Below are positions 26,045 through 41,195 of a stretch of 64,000 nucleotides of DNA, piece after piece (within the stretch, counting starts at the first letter, position 1; every line of letters begins with the position of its first letter). The stretch spans positions 71,796,001-71,860,000 of the forward strand of contig OX597826.1 of the NCBI GenBank assembly GCA_951406725.2. Direction: 5' to 3'. Source of the stretch: Octopus vulgaris (lineage: Eukaryota). Under the pieces are notes generated by a model. The model had not been told where the DNA came from and made no database searches. It saw nothing but the letters and a program-made list of their open reading frames with translations. The position numbers and the translations under genes are program-made.

Positions 26045-26315
26045 ATATATATATATATATATATGTCATTATTCAGTTTATTTCAAGATTTCTTGCCAAT
26101 AGAGAAAGAACCAGTTTCTAAACAAGATCCAAGGCTCCTTCATTGGAATTTCAACATCAACAACAGGATATTTGTGTTTGTTTGAAAGTATATCTGTATG
26201 TATGTATGTGCAGATTCGTATGTTTTATGTATGTATTCTCATGCATATAGTTGCATATCTAAACATGCTCATATATATTTAAATGATAAACTTCTGCAAA
26301 GTTTTACAGATATGA

Positions 26316-26589
26316 TGTATGTATGTATGTATGTATGTATATATGTATGTGTGTATGTATGTATGTATGTATATATGTATGTGTGTATGTATGTATGTAT
26401 GTATATATGTATGTGTGTATGTATGTATGTATGTATGTATATATGTGTGTGTGTATGTATGTATGTATGTATGTATGTATGTATGTATGTATGTATATAT
26501 GTATGTGTGTATGTATGTATGTATGTATGTATATATGTATGTGTGTATGTATGTATGTATGTATGTATGTATGTATGTATGTATGTATG

Positions 26590-26623
<34 letters not shown>

Positions 26624-26909
26624 TATATGTATGTGTGTATGTATGTATGTGTGCATGTATGTATGTATATATGTATGTGTGTATGTATGTATGTATGTAT
26701 ATATGTATGTGTGTATGTATGTATGTATGTATGTATGTATATATGTATGTGTGTATGTATGTATGTATGTATGTATGTATGTATGTATGTATGTATGTAT
26801 GTATGTATGTGTGTATGTATGTATGTGTGCATGTATGTATGTATATATGTATGTGTGTATGTATGTATGTATGTATATATGTATGTGTGTATGTATGTAT
26901 GTATGTATG

Positions 26910-26973
<64 letters not shown>

Positions 26974-27075
26974 TGTGTGTATGTATGTGTGTATGTATGT
27001 ATGTATGTATATATGTATGTGTGTATGTATGTATGTATGTATATATGTATGTGTGTATGTATGTATGTATGTGTA
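26316..27075. repeat. ~760-bp (ATGT)n array with higher-order unit atatgtatgtgtgt(atgt)n
   Basis: Direct inspection; explains the 260-327 aa YVCM/HTYI ORFs. Confidence 0.97.
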
Positions 27076-28062
27076 TGTGTGCATACATACATGCATACAT
27101 GTAAATAATATTTATGTACATGCATGCATATACATATATGCATATATAATGTGTATGTGTATAATGTATAATGTAATGTAACGTGTGTGTGTGCTCGCAA
27201 CATGTTTCTATACTTGCATATGAGCCCTTAATGTGTGAATGCATGCGCATACATACTCTTACATATTAAACATTCGCACATACATGTGTGCACTTAAATG
27301 CAAAGTATGTAACTCTCAGTGTGTCTGTATCTAGATAAGTGTTTTCTCTCTGCATACTTTATGCACATTTTTTTCTTTTTTGTTTTATGAAAGTTCTTCA
27401 ATATGAAACCATTACTCATATCCACTCCCCACCCCCCCGACCACTACCTCCACTTATACACGTGCACCCAACAACAAAAACCATCGGCTTTTCAGTGAAA
27501 CGCGATGTTCATCACACCCCACCGCAAACCCCCTCTCACAATAAAACTACTTTATTAACCAGCCACTTACCTCACTACAGCAACACACCATTCAATCATT
27601 CTATTGATCTTCAAAAAATAATTAAGTTAATAATTTTTATTCTGCCACACCTTGAATTCCATCTGGCATAAGAGGCATTTTTTTTTCTTTCTCTCATTCC
27701 TATTAATAGCCAAATTACCATTCTTAGTTACCCACCACAAAACTGGCTCAAAAACCTAATTTATCTATTTATTTCTCTTCCACGACCAAAAATTTGTCAT
27801 CTAAGATAATACCCACCTCCATACATCACAAATACACATACAAACATACACTAACAAATACAAACAAATTATAGAACACACACACATGCATTTAAGGAAT
27901 GCCCTATTCCATAGCACACCCAACCCAATCATCTCCAAGACAAAACCCACCACCTATTAATACACCATCTATCTTTCAATCCTTCACCTGTCTAAAGATT
28001 GGCCATATGGGACAAAAGCACACATTATTGTGAAACATTGAACCTTCCCATTTCGTTTTAAT

Positions 28063-28678
28063 TTAACCCTCTAGCATTTAAACTGGCCATAAAATAAATA
28101 AATGCACCCTTTTAAAGCCTAGCCAGGCTCATGGGCCCGGTTTCTATGGCGTATGTGTTCCCCAGCTGGATGGGACGCCATACCATCGCAGCATTACTCA
28201 TTTTTTCCAGCTGAGTGAACTAGAGCAATGTGAAATGAAGTGTTTTGCTCAAGATCACAACACATAGCCCGGTCCAGAAATCAAAACCACAATCTTACGA
28301 TCATGGTGCTGACACCCTAACCACTAAACCACATGCCTCCACTTAAACTGGCCATATCTAACCCAAATGGTCTGCATATATTGAAACTGCATATATGTTG
28401 AAACTGGCTGGATCTAACCTCTCACACTTACCTTACGTGATGTCATTCTAAAATTTTATTATTACATCATGGAGATATTGAAGCTGCAAGATAATGCATG
28501 ACTAATTAAAAACAAGGCCAGCTGTAGCCTATCACACCTATCTTACACAATATCATTCTAAAAAATAAACACACATCATCAAAATCTCAAACCTACAAGA
28601 CAATGCATGATTAATTCAAAACAATGTGAGAAAATAAGCATTACATTTGACAGGGTAATTGGAATGCAAATGGGTTAA
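28063..28678. mobile_element. TTAA MITE interrupted by a minus-strand SINE (28092-28342)
   Basis: ttaaccct...gggttaa ends; SINE flanked by TSD ttaaactggccata (28078-28091, 28343-28356). Confidence 0.85.
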
Positions 28679-29431
28679 AATTCCTGTTTACTCTAAAGAT
28701 GTTTATTAGTAGGTAACAGTACATTCTAATTATCATTTCAATGACATACATACATGTATGCTTGTATGTATGTATGTGTGTCAATGTTTTTGCTTTGATT
28801 GCTGTCGTAGGGTTTGCATATCCTAATGACCCAAAGTACTATACCAGTGAGAATTTTACATCCAGCCAGTCCAACCAAGTTGGGAAGGCCTGAAGTGTGG
28901 GACCAGATTAAACATGAATCACCATCAAATGCATTTGGAAGCCGTGTGACCAAAGTACAGTTCTGAATGAGGAATCAATTAAGCAATGATCAATGGTGAA
29001 ACTCACAAGATCTTGGTAGATGTAATCATATTGATGATATTGACCAGGGTCACCTAGTTCTGAAAGTAAACCGCAACTAGCATCTACAGAACTGATCATC
29101 ATAGATGTCATTCAGTTATAGAAGATTTTGCATGATCTTATCACTACTACTGCCAAGACAGTTATACCTACACCATTCATCATGGAGTCAAACAAAGACT
29201 GCATTCTTCTGTGGCTTTCATTGACTACAGTGTTTGAAAAACCCCAAAATTCAACCTGAGCAATCTTGACCCAATGATGATGATACAGTTATATAGCTAT
29301 GTGTGTACATGTGTGTGAGAGGGAGATGTTAAAAGAACGTCCATTGTCCATGCTGGCATGGGTTGACTGGTTTGACCGGGGCTGGTAAGCTGGAAGGCTG
29401 CACCAGACTCCAGTCAGATTATATATATATA

Positions 29432-29788
29432 CGAGCAAAACGCCCCCTCCGCCCGTCCAATGGACGGTGCTGAGTTGTCAAACATTTAAACCAAATTTTC
29501 TCAAAACAATTTGTCAAACCGTCCCATAGGCCTCCCCTTTGAGAAACACTGATTTAACTTAAATTTGAAACCCCAGCAAAAGACGGATTTTGACTGATGT
29601 ACTTGTGCGTACAAATGCACGTTCCCATGGCTTTATCGATTGCATTCTCACCTGGAATCGATTTTTGTAATTTTTTCAAGACTTATACACACCCTGATAC
29701 CATCGGTATATTACATATCAAATTTGAGCGCAATCAGATGGAGGATACCCAAGATCCTAGAAGACACACACACAGACAGAATGGATTT

Positions 29789-29847
<59 letters not shown>

Positions 29848-29940
29848 TACATACAATGACATATCAAATTTGAGCGCAATCAGATGGAGGATACCCAAGA
29901 TCCTAGAAGACACACACACAGACAGAATGGATTTTATATA

Positions 29941-29945
<5 letters not shown>
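29432..29945 (-). mobile_element. Helitron-like non-autonomous element with tandemly duplicated end
   Basis: Subterminal hairpin ccgtccaatggacgg next to a degenerate CTAG; the acagacaga..tttatata end resembles 1825-2214; 29714-29790 is repeated at 29860-29940. Confidence 0.6.
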
Positions 29946-29975
<30 letters not shown>

Positions 29976-31109
29976 CACATATACACACGTACATACAATG
30001 ACATTCATTTACTAACACAACCAAGTGTACTGATAATTAATGATATAAATGTGAGTTTATAATCATTGTAGAGAAACTGTAGCTTTGAAAGTTAAGTTAG
30101 TCCACATTACTCTGTGAGGAACATTGAGCTGGTTTCCTGGTTTCTCTGGCATATACATTCATCCCTGGACAGGCGCCAGTCTGTTGCAGGGTCACTCAAT
30201 TTTACCAGCTGAGTGGACTCGAGCAACATGAAATGAAGTGTTTTGCCCAGTCCAGGAACTGAAACCACAATCTTACGATCATAAGCCCAACACCCTGACC
30301 ACAAAGCTAAGTAGTTGTCCATAAATGTTCTCCTTCTTACTGATTTTGGATTGTGCTGATGTCATGTAAAAAGCACCCAGTACACTCTGTAAAGTAGTTG
30401 GTGTTAGGAAGGGCATCCAGCTGTAGGAACCCTGCCAAATCAGACAACTGGAGCCTAGCCACCTCTCCAGATGGTCAACTCCTCTCAAACCATCCAACTT
30501 ATGCCAGCATGGAAAAGAAACGTTAAATGATGAAGCTCACATCTACAGGGCAGCTAACCTTTATGACTCTGCATAGTTTTTTTCTTTTCTGTCCCAAATA
30601 ACTCTATCAAACTTGTTGCATTTGCACTTGGTAGGAGCTTCAATGCTGTTACTTCACCAATATTCCCTGAATTGCTATACTCTTTTACTTGTTTCAGTCA
30701 TTTGACCGTAGCCATGCTGGAGCACTGCCTTTAGTCGAGTAAATCGACCCCAGGACTTATTCTTTGTAAGCCTAGTAGTTATTCTATCGGTCTCTTTGCC
30801 GAACTGCTAAGTTGTGGGGTTGTTAAGCAATGTTGGGGGGGGGGGGGACAAACAGACACACACACATATACATATACATATATATGTCCAACCCATGCTA
30901 GCATGGAAAACGGACGTTAAATGATGATGTTGATATATATATATATATATATATGATGGGCATCTTTCAGTTTCTGTCTACCAAATCCACACACAAGGCT
31001 TTGGTCGGCCCGAGGCTATAGTAGAAGACACTTGCCCAAAGCGCCATGCAGTGGGACTGAACCCGTAACCATGTGGTTCATAAGCAAGCTACTTACCACA
31101 ACAGACATG

Positions 31110-31870
31110 ATGTATATATTTATTTGAGAGCAGTCTTTTTTTGGGGATGGCATCGTACATTGTTTTCGAAACAACATCATGACATAATGGGCAAAAGTAC
31201 CTCAATGACATTTTTGGGCAGCTGCTGATTGCATGTGTTACATCCTCTACAGAAGTGTGGTGGCGTGATTGACATCTGACATCTTCATTTGCATCGTAAG
31301 AGCTTAAACATTTCAATGCCTCATTTATTCATTAAATATTTTGTAGCTATTTCCTAATTTCAGATATCAAAAACATAGTCTTCAAGATGTTGATGTGATG
31401 TAATGGTCACAAGTCCAAAAGAGAGGTTACACTTCATAATAATATTATTAATCTCCTTAAGTTTAAGGGAAACACCCTTGCATAACTTTTTTTCTGGTAT
31501 GCAGAGTATTATTAGTCTTTGTTGAAGTATGCAAGTCTGGCACTTCTGGGTTCACTCGGGAGGTCAGTAGAAAGCAAGTGCTTCTTAAGGAGTTCGCTGC
31601 CACCCGACAGGATGTTATTCATTTTGTTTTCGAGCACTTGGTTGTGATATAAAAATTAGTTTCAATAAAAAAGTCAACGTCTTGTGTCAGTAACGAACAA
31701 TGAGGCTCTGTCCTGGTGCCTTCCCATTATGCTTTGGTGACAGTTTCAGCATTGACCATGTAGGTTTTTCTGTTGATGTTGGTACACTATTCTTGTTTCA
31801 TTGTGCCTAGCCATGTTGAATTCTAATTAAAAATCTTCCCTTTCATTCCAGATCTGTTCATATAAATGCA
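31110..31870 (-). mobile_element. Decayed RLE-type (R4-like) non-LTR retrotransposon fragment
   Basis: VRCQSRHHTSVEDVTHAISSCPKMSLRYFCPLCHDVVSK resembles the CCHC knuckle plus RHD motif. Confidence 0.7.
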
Positions 31871-31899
<29 letters not shown>

Positions 31900-31904
<5 letters not shown>

Positions 31905-31964
31905 CATCATCGTTTAACGTCCGCTTTCCATGCTAGCATGGGTTGGACGAACCTATGCAAGTAA

Positions 31965-31997
<33 letters not shown>

Positions 31998-34103
31998 TAT
32001 GTATGTATGTATGATCGTACATGTAGATATATATCTATACACACACACTTTTTCTTAACTGATCAATGAACCGATTGAGTAAACCTATCAATAGTGAACC
32101 TATAACGATTACTGGAAACATCTGTAAGTCAAATTTATTGCAATAAAGGAAAATATGGAATGACCATTATTTATACCTTGTTTTATATATACACATATGT
32201 GTGCATGTGTGTATATAAAGTGCAAGTGGAAGCATAATAATTCTTGAACTCAGTGGAAAATTCTTCAGTGTTGACGTTGTGACCAACAACGGAAAGTGAA
32301 TGAATCCCACAACATCACGCCGCCTTTCCCTGTCTCTAGCAATCTGTCTATCTGAAGACTTCGTCATGAAAAGCGAAGATCACAACCATGATGACGATAA
32401 CGACAACGATAACCACGAAATTGATGATGATTAAAACGTATCTGTTGCATCCGATTCTTATTTTGACGTTTAAATATTCGTTGCCGTTATTGCTTAACCG
32501 CAGGCCAAAACATATGGTCAATCGCCTACTATGTAACTCTCCCCTCTTTTTCTTTCATATTCGTCCTTCCTCGTTTTAAGATGACAGGGTATGACGTAAG
32601 GCGATTCGGCTGCTCTTTCTAATAAGTCAAGTGATCAAGTGCTTGTGTTGGCGAGACATATTAGCGCCACAGCATCTAATCATTTCTGTATGTTAAAATG
32701 ACGAAGAGGAATAAAGAATCGTTTTTAATTCATTTAATTCATAATGTGTATGTTTATTAAGAATATATTTCTAATTGTGTGTATAAAAAATGAGAGCGTG
32801 AATGTAAAAGAAATATGTACTAGAGTGTATATATTAATGTATAAAGAGAGATACACATCGTTGAAAGCATGTGTATATGTGTGTATGTATGTAATTATGT
32901 ATGAATTATGTATGTAATTATGTAAGTGTATGCATGTAATTATGTACGCGTATGAATGTGCGTGTATGTATGCAATTATGTATGTGTGTGTGTATGATAA
33001 CCTGTCGCATTTTCCCATTATTTCCATTATGTAGACATTTCGTACATCAATTATTTATTAAATTAACAAAGCATAAATGAATAAAAAATAAGTACATTGC
33101 TTTAATATAATTAAGGGGGTTGGCGGTTATATATGAGCTAATCTCATATGTATGTATAATAATACATACACACACACACATTTATATAATATATTTATAT
33201 ATATATATAAAATATATAATATATATATAAAATATATAATATATATAAAAGCTAATCCCCTTCCATCCCTTATCCTGTAGATATTTGTATATTTGTGTCA
33301 ATTTAACAGCAACTGAGAATGAAAGAACAAAAAAAATTTAAGGAAGAACCCGGTTACAGTCGATAATTTCCTTGGGATATTTTTATCATTCACAGAAATA
33401 ACCAAAAACACACGTTCATACATTAGTTGAGCTTCTAGTGACTCAAGAGCTTAGAGTTTCGTTTCAATATATGAAGATCGCACTCTTCTTCAATACACAT
33501 ACACATGTATATATACACACATGTAATATGTATGTGTGTATACCACACACATATATATATATATACACACACACACATACATATTATAAATACGTATGTA
33601 TATATATATATGTATGAATATATATAATGTATGTGTGTTTTTAAAGGAAATTGACAGTGCGTGTATGTATGTAATGGATATTATTTCAAAGATTATGGAT
33701 GGATCGATATATTAAAAATGTATGACTATACTATAAACGTATTTATGTGAATGGAAGGGGGATGTATCACTAATACGAAATTTTCAGCGATCTATCTATC
33801 TCTCCGTCTACCTATCTATTTAATAAATTACACAGTAGATGTCCGCTTATTATACTTTATTACCGCACTAATCAGATTAATAAAGCAACCGCCAAGAAAG
33901 CGCCATGTTGTGTGTCACTTTCGCTTTTATCCTTGTTTCCAATATTTGCACGCTTTCTTCTTTACGTTGCTGCCTGATTCCGTTTTTTTTTTCTCCCTTC
34001 TTCTATTCTTGCAATGAGCGGTTGGCTAGGTTGATGTCATCGATCCGGTTCTCCGTGGTGCCGCCGCTACTTCCACCACCACTACGCTGAACTACATGAT
34101 ATA

Positions 34104-34144
<41 letters not shown>

Positions 34145-34159
34145 ATATATCATATATTA

Positions 34160-34198
<39 letters not shown>

Positions 34199-34231
34199 TA
34201 TAATATATATATATATTTATATATCATATAT

Positions 34232-34290
<59 letters not shown>

Positions 34291-34310
34291 CATATTATAT
34301 ATATAATATG

Positions 34311-34356
<46 letters not shown>

Positions 34357-34645
34357 GTGGATATACGTGAATATATTATCAGTATATTATATATCGTATA
34401 TATCATACACGTTCGGGCGCACGAAGAAGCTTTTATGGTTGCTTGACATGCTAGAGACAGCAGCCAAATTTCTATCAAAGCACATCCTTCTATCAAGGAA
34501 AGGACAAAAGAAAAAAAAAAAAGCACATATTTGATAATGTAGTCCAGGATACACAATTTCAAGGAGGGAAAAACTGGGTCGATATGATTGGAATACATTT
34601 CAGACCATTATCTCTATTAGCGCCGTCTTGGATCAAAACATACAT

Positions 34646-34739
<94 letters not shown>

Positions 34740-35442
34740 ATATATATATGTATATATTACCCACATATATACATACACGCACATGCATTATATATCTATA
34801 CACACAAACATATGTTATATATATGGTCTTTGATTTAGTAGAAATTAATTAAATCTAGGTTCCTGCAGGGAGGATTCTGAGACATTTATGCCTTTCCCAG
34901 GTATATTTAATTTCAATAACGGAAGTGAATCCATAGAATACCAAATCTGACTCAAATTTAAAAATTTCTTTCTAAAATTTCTTTCAAACCATTTAAAAAA
35001 AAAAATGTACTTCTCACATCATTCGATTCATAGCAGGGAGTGGGGGAGAAAACGTATGATATACGACATGATGTGGCTTTCATGCCTTTCCCAAAGACAT
35101 TATTAATAAGATAAAGGATGTTTTGTAGTTCTGAGCGGGAAGCGAAGTATTGACGCGCACCGACTCCTATCAACACCGGCGCCCAACCAGAACAGTTAGA
35201 ATAATATATGAATAAACTGTCATTTTTTTTTTCAAGTCTCTTCCCAACCAAATAAGGAAAACGAATTAAAATTCCGCTCAATTTGTTTTAAGGTGTGAGG
35301 AGTGATGATCATTGAAATAACTATTGTCTGCCGCTTACAGACGGCAGTCAATGCGACTAAGCGCGTGAGTTTATATATATATATATGTATACATACATAT
35401 ATATATATAATGAAACGAGTAAAAGATTAAATTTAAAAGCGT

Positions 35443-35479
<37 letters not shown>

Positions 35480-35510
35480 GTATGTTTGTATGTATGTATG
35501 TATGTATGTA

Positions 35511-35545
<35 letters not shown>

Positions 35546-35576
35546 ATCTGAAACGAGTAAAAGATAAACTATAATA

Positions 35577-35614
<38 letters not shown>

Positions 35615-35616
35615 TA

Positions 35617-35653
<37 letters not shown>

Positions 35654-35663
35654 CATATATATG

Positions 35664-35699
<36 letters not shown>

Positions 35700-35714
35700 T
35701 TAGAAGAAATGAGG

Positions 35715-35760
<46 letters not shown>

Positions 35761-36106
35761 GTATATAATGCTTTAAAACAAGGGAGGATTGTGGCAATTA
35801 GCGGTATATGTGTGTGGTTTTAAATACCGGTTTTTACAGATACCGGAGTATAATGTCAATCCATACTTTAATTTTAATGCCTATATTTATTTAAACCTTG
35901 TGGTCTGCGACCACACCTAAACTTGTATTCAAATAAAGACGAAACAGGCCTTTTTTTTTTTTAAATAAAAAACGTCATTACGTCCTCTCATCTCTCAAGA
36001 AAGAAAATATAACATATATATATGCTGCTCTACATCTAAGAGTGTGCTTCTCCGGATTTATGTTTTCTACAAATGATTATATATACATATATATGTGTAT
36101 ATATAC

Positions 36107-36166
<60 letters not shown>

Positions 36167-37200
36167 CCCCCCCTCTCTATAATATACATGCCTTACAGCA
36201 ATTATTCACATTTCCCGCTCATGTCTACCCTAAGTAAAAAAATAAAGCTAGTTTTTTGTGATTCTTTTAAAAATTGCTATTTTCTATTTTTAATTTAAAA
36301 TAATAATAATTTCTTTAGACCTTAGGTTTTAAGGAACAACAAAGGAGGCAATATTCATGTGATTCAATGACTTCCTCAGAATCTTTAAGGTAACGGGGAA
36401 AGGTAGAAGTTTGACTGCAGTTCTTGTAACGGTTCGTGTTGACCGAGGTTTAATCAACAGCTAAAATACCAGTTATATACTGCGGTTTCTTCCATACATC
36501 AAAAACACGTTTTTAACACAAACTCACAAAATAAATTCAGGGAAACTAATAATGTCGCACAATCTCTTTTTCTACAATAAATGTGTATGACCTTGGCTTC
36601 GATCAGAAATCACTATAATTTTTTTTAACATCAATATTATTATTACTATTTTATTATTATTATTATTATTTTATTATTATTATTTTTTTTAAATTTAAAT
36701 TTTTTTTAAGGCGGCGAGCTGGCAGAATTGTTAACGCGCCGGGCAAAGTGCTTGGCGGCATTTCGTCCGTCTTTACGTTCAATTCCTGCCGATGTCGACT
36801 TTCATCCTTTCATCCTTTCCAGGCCGATAAAAAATTAAGAACCAGTTGAACAATGGAATCAACTCACCCCCGCCCCCCAGTCCTTTCCACTCGAAATTGA
36901 TGGCCACGTACTAAAATTTAAAACCCGTACCATTATTATTAATTGCTTGCCGTTGTGGCTTTATTATATTTATTACTGACGAGAAAAATGTATAACTATC
37001 ACACATTCCCCCCTTTTTTTTTTTTTTACCGACGTCAGATATTGCCAGATATTATATATATCTACCTCCCCATTTGAATGAAATCTGACTGCAAAGATTC
37101 AATTTGCTAGGAAGCACTTCAATAGACGTTACAACATCGTAAGTTATCTTCCTTGGATATCTCATTATCATGCGGCTGACAGAGAGACAGAGAGAGAGAG
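31900..37200. promoter_or_regulatory. CpG-enriched, TE-poor domain; candidate unmethylated promoter/first-exon region
   Basis: Visibly more CG dinucleotides in unique sequence (33840-34090, 35110-35370, 32280-32660) than in the flanks; not counted. Confidence 0.5.
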
Positions 37201-38594
37201 AGGAAGGGGGAGTAGTGCTTTCTACTGCATTTCATTATTACCTCTCCTTCCCTTTTCTCTCTCTCTCTCTCTCTTTCTCGCTCTCATTTCAAATTCTGTC
37301 ACTGCCTTTTTTCTTACATCCATCCACCCACACGCGCACGCATATCAGCGTGTATACATACACACATACATACATACATACATACATACATACATACATA
37401 CATACATACATACATACATACATACATACATACATACACACACACATACGTATTATACATATTACATATGCTGATTATTTTGGCCTAATTTTGCAAAGAA
37501 ATTCACAATAATGAAAAAAAAAGTTGGAAACTAGATTTAAATAGGTAACCTTTTATTTGATAACATAATTTACACAGCTAAAATACACATGAAATATGTA
37601 TTTTCCTAGAAACATTTAAAAAAGACTATCACAGGATTATGATTTTTTGCATGTAGATGTGTCAGTAATTTAGTAAATAAGAACTTAATTGTCCTTAATT
37701 TAGACATAAAAATTCGTAGTTCATATTCAGCCAAATGAGGAATGGAGATTAAACTTATCAAAAGGTAATGCTTTTTTGAATTGGATTACCTTTGTTCAGG
37801 CCACTGCGAGAGGAAGGTCTCAGCATGTCCTCTCAACTGACCAGTCTGATGTGGAAGTCATGAATTTGAGCTTGAGATCAAATTGGTTTGATGAGTCTAC
37901 TCTGCCACCCTGGCTGGACATGGCTTTGCAGAGGGGTGCAGTTTTTATAGGCTCTTACACATAATTTGCTTATGTGAACCTATGCATAACTGATTATATA
38001 TTTTACCAACACTGAAGGTATGGAAAGCAAAGTTGAACTCAGAACGCTATAAAGTAAGTAAAACTCCCCAGGACACTACTGTCTCAAGTCCTTGGACTCA
38101 TAGAACCAGTTGCCCAATTCCCATAGTGTATAAGTGAGCGAGATCACAATACCTCTCGAACACCAGTCCATTGCAGGGTTAGCGTACTTTTCCTTCATTG
38201 AACACTAAACTTTACTTGTGAAGGCCTGTTGAGGCAAGTGAAATCGAAATCAAATTCGTTGACTGGCATCCATGCTAGTGGAGCACTAAGAGTACCATAC
38301 GAGCGTGATCATTGCCAGAGCAACAAGCTGGCCTCCATGCCAGTGGCACATAAAAAACACCATTCAAGTATGATCGTTACCTGCATCACCTTACTGGTAC
38401 TTGTGCTCATGGCACATGAAAAAACATTCAAGCGAGGTCGTTGCCAGTGCCACTAGACTGACTCCTGTGCAGGTGGCACATAAAAAGCACCATTTGAGCG
38501 TGGCCGTTGCCAGAACCACCTGACTGGCCCCCGTGCCAGTGGCACGTAAAAGCGCCCACTACACTCTCAGAGTGATTGGCATTAGGACCAAAAA

Positions 38595-38930
38595 GACACT
38601 TGGGTTTCAGTTGCACAAGATCTTGAATGTGTCGAGAATGATGAAAATCTTTTGAAAACTTTGCGTAGGCCTCTGAGCAGGTATCACCAAGCTTTTGGCA
38701 AAATTTGATGCAGATTCTCTGCTCAACTTCCTCTGTCATGGTCAATGCGATGATCACATGCTACACACCTTCCTTCCAAGCACTGCTGTAAATAGCGGAA
38801 ATGAGTTAGAATGTTAAAAACTTAGTGCACATGCACAGTAAAGTTCAAGGTCAACTGTGTCAAGCAGCTTCACACTGCGTACTTTAGCTTTTCTACAATG
38901 GCAACAGTCCGGATACTTTTGATCAGACCA
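38595..38930 (-). mobile_element. mariner 5' fragment
   Basis: MTEEVEQRICIKFCQKLGDTCSEAY N-terminus; TIR-like ggtctgatcaaaagtatccggact. Confidence 0.8.
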
Positions 38931-40627
38931 CATGTGCTGGAACAAAAAACAGTGGGACCAAGATGTAAAGGTAAAAAGGAGGTGAGTGATAGAAGAGTAG
39001 AAGAGCTGGTGGAGGAAGGGGGATAAAAAAGGGAGATAACAATGACAGGCACATGCTTGCTGGTGTGTAAAAAAAATCAGTTAAAATACTAACAGTATTC
39101 TGGGCCTTTGAAAACCTATCTCATTCATGATAGCAAAGAAAAATGAATTTATGGTTGATAAAGACACAACACTCAATATGTGGGAGACCTAATACATTGT
39201 CTGGTTTAATACCAGTTTCAAATTTTGGCACAAGGACAGCAACTTTAAGGGAGTGGGTAAGTTGATTATATTGACTCCCAGTAATCAATCGGTCCTTATT
39301 TTATCGACCCTGAAAGGATGAAAGGCAAAGTAGACTTCAGTGGAATTTGAACCCAGAATATAAAGACAGATGAAATGCCGCACATGGTTCCGGGTTCAGT
39401 CCTACTGCATGGCACCTTGGGCAAGTGTCTTCTACTATAGCCTCAGGCTGACCAAAGCCTTCTGAGTGGATTTGATAGACGGAAACTGAAAGAAACCCGT
39501 CATATATGTGTATATGTATATATGTGTGTTTGTGTGTCTGTGTTTGTCCCCGCTCCCCAATATCACTTCACAACCGATGCTGGTGTGTTTACGTCCGCGT
39601 AACTTAGCAATTCGGCAAAAAGAGCCCGATAGAATAAATACTAGGCTTACAAAGAATAAGTCCTGGGGTCAATTTCCTCGACTAAAAGGCCGTGCCCCAG
39701 CATGGCCACAGTCAAAAGACTGAAACAAGTAAAAGAATAAAAGAGTAAAGCATTTTACCCAGCGTGGTAACAGTTCAACCTGCTCGCTACACTATTTGTC
39801 TGGTTTAATATCACCAACTGATTAAACACCACCTTGTCCTTTGAGTGACTTTAGAAAGCATTTTGATTAGTTCTCATTTTCCTCCCTACCTTGTATTTTC
39901 CTGGAAACATTAGCCCACACATCAGTATGACCAGCCTGAGGGGGCCCGGCAAAGACCAAGGACACCACTACTCTTTCACCACCCTTGACTATGCGATTAG
40001 AAGCAGAACTTCTCTTCTTAATAAAATCACACCAGCAAAACATTAATATATCACATGCTGTAACTGTGTGGCCTCAATCTGTCTGGTTTTATAATATAAC
40101 ACAATTGCCAAAGGATCAAAGTGATAAGCAATCTCAGAGCTTTATAATACCTTCATGACAAATTCCTCAAAACAAACTCAGACAACCCCCCACATACAAG
40201 AACATATCTCCACCCACAACAACCTTCTGTTTGAATGCAACATGGAGTTGACATTCACATACAAAATCATGCAGTGTTTCCCAATTAGGTGCAGTGATTT
40301 ACATGTTTATACTTGACTATACAATGTCTCCAACTACAGGACACCACCTATATTCAGAATGGAATATATCACAAAAGAAAGTATGAGAAATATCTAGAGA
40401 CTCAAAAATAAAGCAGTTTTGTTTCACTTTTATTGGGGAATTTTTTTTTACCTAGAAATACTTTTGATTTTCATTTAAATATTTACAGTAAGTTATATAT
40501 TTCCTAGGCCTTGATAGGCTAAATCATGTTGTATAGAGATAGATATTGTGAGATATATATTAACCTATATGTATTTAAGCAAACATTGGTACTTACACAC
40601 ACATTCAAATACACACATTCATATATA

Positions 40628-41195
40628 TTGGGTTGTCCAGAAAGTTCGTGCCAATTTATAGTAACTTACCTTTCGACTTATTTTAGAACGTGGTTGAGTC
40701 CATAAAATAGGATTTGACTGCACCTCCATTTAGAGCACAGTTTAAGCTATCTTTTCATGGAAGAAGGTTTATGTTCCTATAACCTGTGTTAATTCTGTAA
40801 CCCTTTAAAATGGAAGATAATAAAGTTTATTTTCAGCAACTTGATGCTTTGGGAACCAGACAAAAATTGCTGCAGTTCGGCTGGGATGTGTTACCCCACC
40901 CTCACATATTCACCAGATATTGCTCCTTTCGGATTTCACTTATTCAGGTCTCTGCAGAATAGTCTTAATGGTAAAAATTTTAATTCCTTGGGTGATGTAA
41001 AAAGATACCTTGATGAATTCTTTGCCATGAAACCACCTCAATTCTGGGAAGAGGGTATTTTCAAGTTAAAGGAAAGATGGAGATGCATTGTACAACAAAA
41101 TGGTTCATATTTGGTTGATTAAAAATGTAATGGCAAGTATTTATTGACCTTGTTCTTTCCTTTAAAAATTGGCACAAACTTTCCGGACAACCCAA
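40628..41195 (+). mobile_element. Internally deleted non-autonomous mariner, same family as 2452-3000
   Basis: Same TIRs and TA TSD; YSPDIAPFGFHLFRSLQNSLNGKNF...RWRCIVQQNGSYLVD. Confidence 0.95.

Noticed and set aside
26198-27250. Six ORFs of 260-327 aa
   Set aside because: Translations of the (ATGT)n array; open on both strands because the repeat lacks stop codons
28800-28910. RTE 5' UTR with a possible HDV-like ribozyme
   Set aside because: Too degenerate to assign the nested pseudoknot pairings
32352-32380. ctgaagacttcg...cgaag as a hammerhead
   Set aside because: The stem is not followed by GAAA and there is no stem III/NUH
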